A stretch of 64,000 nt of DNA from Babesia bigemina (Eukaryota). This document shows positions 59,183-64,000 of the stretch, one piece after another. The DNA lies in assembly GCF_000981445.1 (NCBI RefSeq), contig NC_027218.1, positions 2,666,001-2,730,000 on the forward strand, written 5' to 3'. The position numbers were made by a program, and so were the translations under genes. The notes beneath the pieces were generated by a model. It was not told where the DNA came from and ran no database searches. It saw nothing but the letters and a program-made list of their open reading frames with translations. Every line of letters starts with the position of its first letter. Positions within the stretch are counted from its first letter, which is position 1.

Positions 59183-59824
59183 CTTACCTAACGTCAGAAG
59201 GCACAGAAAGGTGAATGACGTGGTTGCAGAAGGGTCCTTAGAGTACGGCACACTCCGATCGCACCGTAACCTTCCCCGGCGCAACCGAGGACATATAGTG
59301 CCGCCCAATCCGGGCAAATTGTGGCCAGAGCAACTTTTACGTGACAATATAAATATTATTAACGTGTTGCTATGGCAAAACGGTCTACGCCGTAATGTCT
59401 AGTACACTCGCGATCGTTGTATTGGAAGGTCGCGACATTGCTGTCTTTCGCCGCGGCGGTTTTGCGTGCTGAATTCTTAACCGATACTACCATTATTTCC
59501 ATGTGTTTATATTAAACCAGTTGGGATTTCAAGCAAGACGGGTTTCGAGGGAGAGATATATCGGATTACACAGTAGACATTCCGGCGACGTATCTAGGAA
59601 GGAAACGGCATCGAGATTCACTGGCTTATACCCTTATTACTTCGATGTACTGTGTCTACGTCGTATTGGATCGTAATTGGGTGCAATTAGTGTCATAGTG
59701 AGTGCTCCAGCGACGTGATTGCGGAGCTGCACAGTGTTGTGCCCAGCAATCCGATCTGTACGTGCCTAATCAATTTAACAGACCGCACAAGTCAACATAA
59801 ACAAGTCAAAGTACGTTGCGGAAT

Positions 59825-60691
59825 ATGATGCTTCCTCTTCCCATGCACCCGGTGCCGGCACCGAGGCCGGTTCCGCAGCGATATATACAACGAGTGGATG
59901 CCGATCCGTCCATCCCACCCAACAACACAATTTATGTCAAGAATCTGAACGACCGTGTGAAGATTAAACTTATGAGAGTTCAGCTCCGCGAAGTGTTTGG
60001 TCGATTTGGGAAAATCCTCGATGTCGTAGCCCTGACGTCCTTCTGGCGCAGGGGGCAGGCGTTCATCGTGTTTGAGACCGTTGAAGCAGCACAGAATGCG
60101 TTGAATGACATGCAAGGCTTCATGTTCCACGGGCACGCTATGCAGATCAATTTCGCCAGAGAAAAGAGTGACATCATCAGCAAGGCAGATGGTACCTTCA
60201 AGCCCAGGCCTCCGGGCCCCAAGAAACCAAGAGCGATCAAGGAACGCGAGGAAATGCAAAGAAAGATATTCGAGAAGCTACAGAGTGATTATTTGGCTGG
60301 CACCTTGGAGGGGATGACGCAGCCAGGAGACCCCAAACTCATACAAGCCCTTCAGTCTGCTCAGGCCAGGATGCACGACCTAACACGATCGCAGCCCGCT
60401 GGTGCCGAAGTACTAGGCAAGCCAGTTTCTCACATTACTACCTCCGCCGGCCCCAAGGGGTTGCCAAATCGCACACTATTCGTGGAGGGATTGCCGGAAG
60501 GCGTTGGTGTGTCCGAAGTCAATGCCGTTTTTGGTGGCTCCCTTGGCTTTGTGGAGGCCAGGGTCATCGCTGCCAGGCGTGTGGCTTTTGTCGATTTCGA
60601 CAACGAATTCAACGCCGGTTACTGCATGCAGGCGTTGCAGGGCCATGTCATGGGCAATTCTACCATAAGCATCAGTTACGCGAAGCGTTGA
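59825..60691 (+). CDS. U1A / U2B'' snRNP protein (two RRMs)
   Basis: PNNTIYVKNLN, RGQAFIVF, MQINFAREKSD, second RRM PNRTLFVEGLP...ISYAKR. Confidence 0.92.
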   Translation: MMLPLPMHPVPAPRPVPQRYIQRVDADPSIPPNNTIYVKNLNDRVKIKLMRVQLREVFGRFGKILDVVALTSFWRRGQAFIVFETVEAAQNALNDMQGFMFHGHAMQINFAREKSDIISKADGTFKPRPPGPKKPRAIKEREEMQRKIFEKLQSDYLAGTLEGMTQPGDPKLIQALQSAQARMHDLTRSQPAGAEVLGKPVSHITTSAGPKGLPNRTLFVEGLPEGVGVSEVNAVFGGSLGFVEARVIAARRVAFVDFDNEFNAGYCMQALQGHVMGNSTISISYAKR

Positions 60692-60875
60692 ACTTGATTT
60701 AATTAGTTGCCATAGCGCAAAATACTGTCGCATTAAAACGATTCAATTTAAATTACAACGTGTTTATTGTAAAATATGAATTGTTTATGGGTCCTGTTTC
60801 CACGTGCATATTGTGATGGCGGCGGTTGCTACCTAAGAAAAGTCTAGGTTATAGTTGTTGATAATTATACTACAT

Positions 60876-63800
60876 TTATATCGCATTGGTATCACTGCCA
60901 TAGTTACAATCTTGCCACCCACCGTGTGACTCATCTCTATTACACTGCGCCTTAAGGAACTCCAACTGGTAGTGAGAGGCGTAGACGTAGTCACGCAGCT
61001 GGCAGAGGAGGGCGCAGCAATCAGGTTCATCGGATTGGGTGGTGGATTTAGTTGTCATAGTTCTAGATGACACGTTTGCCTTCCAGTTAGGCGCTATGGC
61101 GGAGAGCACGGAACCTGCAAACATGGCGGTAAGTTGGAGTATGTCGAATACATCTGTGGGTCGGACGTATGAACCGTTGATTGAGAGTGCAAGCTGTGAA
61201 GGATCACTATACAAGCCGCTAAATGCCTTGTTAATACATTTCTCCAGAGTGTAATGATGCTTTTCGTTCATAAGCCCAGCCAGCCAAGTAAGCATCTCCC
61301 GGACGGTGCGAGGGACCTGCGATGGGAACAGCTCAGTATCGGGGATGTCGGTGGAGCTAGGGGTGGGTGTTGGAGTAGCCCAGGAAGAGACGCACATTTG
61401 GAGAGTCGAAGTATTGTGTGTATAGTCAGCAGCAGATTTGTTCGGTAGTTCTGGAATAGGTTCTGGTGCATCCAAATTTAGATTGATAGAGGTGGTGTAT
61501 GGGTCTATTGGGTCCAGGGGTTGAAGTGCTTGCAGAGGGGGAGGCTCATCTATTTTTAAGTCATATGAAGTGTCTTGAAGTCTGGGTTTGGGAATGTGGA
61601 TGGAGAAGTCGGGATTGTTCAGTGGCTGCGGTTTCAGTTCGGCAGTTGGCATGTAAGATGAGTTGTTATATACCTTGAGTTTCGGTGCTATATCCAAATT
61701 TACATTGTATGCTGGTAAGGGTTCGGGATCTACCATTTCGTGCGGCAGATAAGTTGTCCTACGCAATTCAGTTTGCATGATATGCTCAGAAGTATAAGGC
61801 TTCTCAATGTCTACATTAATAATTGGAAGATTGCGAGGTGCCGTTTCTATGTGGATTCTGGGAGGTGGTAACCATGAGTATTTTAAAGCATGATCAGGAA
61901 TAAGATTTCCTGTTAGTTCCATTGTTGGCGGAGGGGGTGGCGGTATCTTCGGCAATTTAGGTGGCTTTATAGAGTAGCCTATGGGAACACCAATAGCAGA
62001 GGAGCCTTGTGGAACAGCGAAATCCGGTATGCCTTTGGCGTCTGATGTTGCCTGGCCACAGATTAAACTATCAACGTTATGCTGCGCTACAATCCTTTGC
62101 GTTTTAGCATGTGATGGCTTATCCAGTACAGGGTCGGGTTCCTCCGGCACGTCTTCCCCGCTTACGTCGACGATCATAATATCGTTCACATGATCCAGAA
62201 CGTCTCCTTTAACATCTGAATTATATACTAGCGTCTTGTCAAGATCAGCTTCTACTGACTCGTCAACATCTATCAGATCTGGTTTGACAATATTGAGAGT
62301 GACAGATTTACCGAATTCAAATACATCTGGATTGTCATCACTGTTTGCATCATATCGTGAAGGCACTGTTACTTGAAGGCCCACTGTAGGTGGCACAGAT
62401 TTCAGCTGATTTTGTAGAGCATCCAAATAAGCATTTAGAGATTTATCAGAAGACTCACGCGCTTTAAAAACAACATCAATGCCTGGAAGCATAGCTTCCC
62501 GTTGAAGTTGACGTTCATCTTCTATTTTACGTTCCTCATCCTCCCTTTTACCTAATTCTGTTTCCTTTTGCCTTTTAATTTTTTCATCATTCCGCCTTTT
62601 ACGTTCCGCAGCATCCTCTTGAGCTTTTTTTATCATTTGATCCCAATGTTTATGACTTTTTGCTTGCTCATTATAATCAGTCTCTCTGATGCAGTACTTA
62701 CCGCTATAAGGTCAAAGATCAATTTCCCTATATCCCGCTACTCTCGAACATTTTGTATTAGTGTTTGGAGAATCTCGTTTTACTCCACTCCCCAGACCTA
62801 CTGCTTCAGCTCCACCGACACCTAAACCATCACCGGATGCCACATTAGTGTCACCTGCACCTGCCAGACCATCTTGATTACTTCCTCGACCAGGCACAGA
62901 AGCCGACCCCTGCCCACTCTTGCCCAGACCACTACTGGTATCAGGGGCACCAGATGACGGAGAGTCTGCACTTGAAATACTTGAAGTTTGAGTTTGAACC
63001 GTCTTTGCAACCGATGAACCAGGAGAGTTTGTTTCACTGTTATCACCCTGTGGGTGTTGATTACCCTCCGCCTTCTTGCCCTGGTTCTGTGCACCCTCGG
63101 ATTTCTTGTTCTGGTTCTGTGCTCCCTCCACTTTCTTGCCCTGGTTCTGTGCTCCGTCGGATTGTACGATCTGAGGCTTGGCGGCCTCGGTTTTAGTGGC
63201 TTCAGACTCTTCGTCTTGCAATGCTACATCCGGAATATCTTGCTCTTCTTCAGCCTCTTCATCTTTCACTGTATGTTCCTTGTCTACCTCCTGCAGTTTA
63301 CACCCTTTGCCATTCAAAATATCTACAAGCTTAGTCAAACCTTCATCTGTTTTATTCAGTTTCTCAATTACACCATCCCAATCCTTTGTTAAAACGTCAT
63401 ATGTATTACCCCATGTGTTAAAGTCGTGGCCGTGAAACGTGAATCCGTAGGGGAAAAAATGATGGGTAAAATAATCAGCAAGCTTTGCTTTTGCTTGAGC
63501 ATCAAGGGTACTTCGCTTAAATGATCTTTCGTTCGACTGAATAATTGCTTTAAAAGCTTTAATTTTTTCAAACTTCTCCTTCACTGCATTCAAATGTGTC
63601 CTAAACCAACTTGCCATTTTTTTCGCGAACTTTTCATCGTAGAGGTGCTTATCTTCGCGCGCATATCCAGTGAAGGAAAAGCGCTCCTTTTTAAAAATGT
63701 CGCCAATAGGCTTTTTAAGTTTGGCGCAATGTTTTGTTAAGTCTTCCATATTTATGCATCTATCTTTCAAATATAAATATTTTTCAAAATCGTCTTGATG

Positions 63801-64000
63801 CTTCACTTTCTCAAATATCCTACAGAAATCTTGCACCAACCGAAGCGCATTGGCGACATTCGATATTTGGGTGCCGGTGGTTTTCGGAATTACTGATGTT
63901 GAATAAACATCGAGGAAATAATTTTGCAAACCTCTACCGGCATGTTTCTCACAGATGTTGTGAAGGTCACCTACCATAAGAAACCCCTCGGCATAACCAC
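60876..64000 (-). pseudogene. Second large VESA1-like gene (5' end outside window) with in-frame TGA at 62712-62714 and 3' truncation
   Basis: Shares SNVANALR.VQDFC, FSFTGY, FPYGFTF, ESEATKTEAAKP, GAQNQGKK, RQLQREAMLP, TVREML, LCQLRDY and GGWQDC with 10168-14284. Confidence 0.8.

Noticed and set aside
62712..62714. In-frame TGA as selenocysteine
   Set aside because: No redox motif context or visible SECIS, and the gene is also truncated; nonsense mutation is simpler

Overview
Eukaryotic, intron-containing DNA from a piroplasmid apicomplexan, most likely Babesia of the bigemina/ovata type. This rests on short ~33-40 nt GT-AG introns, ves-like genes, a 6-Cys remnant and an ApiAP2 gene; the species is an inference. 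The window has four blocks. (1) 0.4-5 kb: housekeeping HSP90 and ARF. (2) ~5.6-26 kb: an AT-richer variant-gene island with a secreted protein, a 6-Cys fragment, a broken large VESA-like gene, a short ves-like gene, an MFS transporter and five small single-TM genes, four of them Cys-rich. (3) ~26-60.7 kb: a very compact housekeeping block (AFG1-like ATPase, uS10m-like, HP1-like, RPB12, PUB protein, BUD23, APE-like, UTP6, DnaJC8, MMS2, CTD phosphatase, Ctf4-like, AP2 protein, V-ATPase H, RED, U1A/U2B''). (4) From 60.9 kb: a second, inverted and disrupted VESA-like paralogue running off the window. The most notable observations are a box C/D snoRNA in HSP90 intron 3 with an 18S rRNA guide, a structured H/ACA-like RNA in the RPB12 intron, the Cys-rich mini-TM family, an HP1 with two chromodomains, an apparently catalytically dead AP endonuclease, and 4-7 bp same-strand gene spacings. 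Exon boundaries were read by eye, and no database searches were run.
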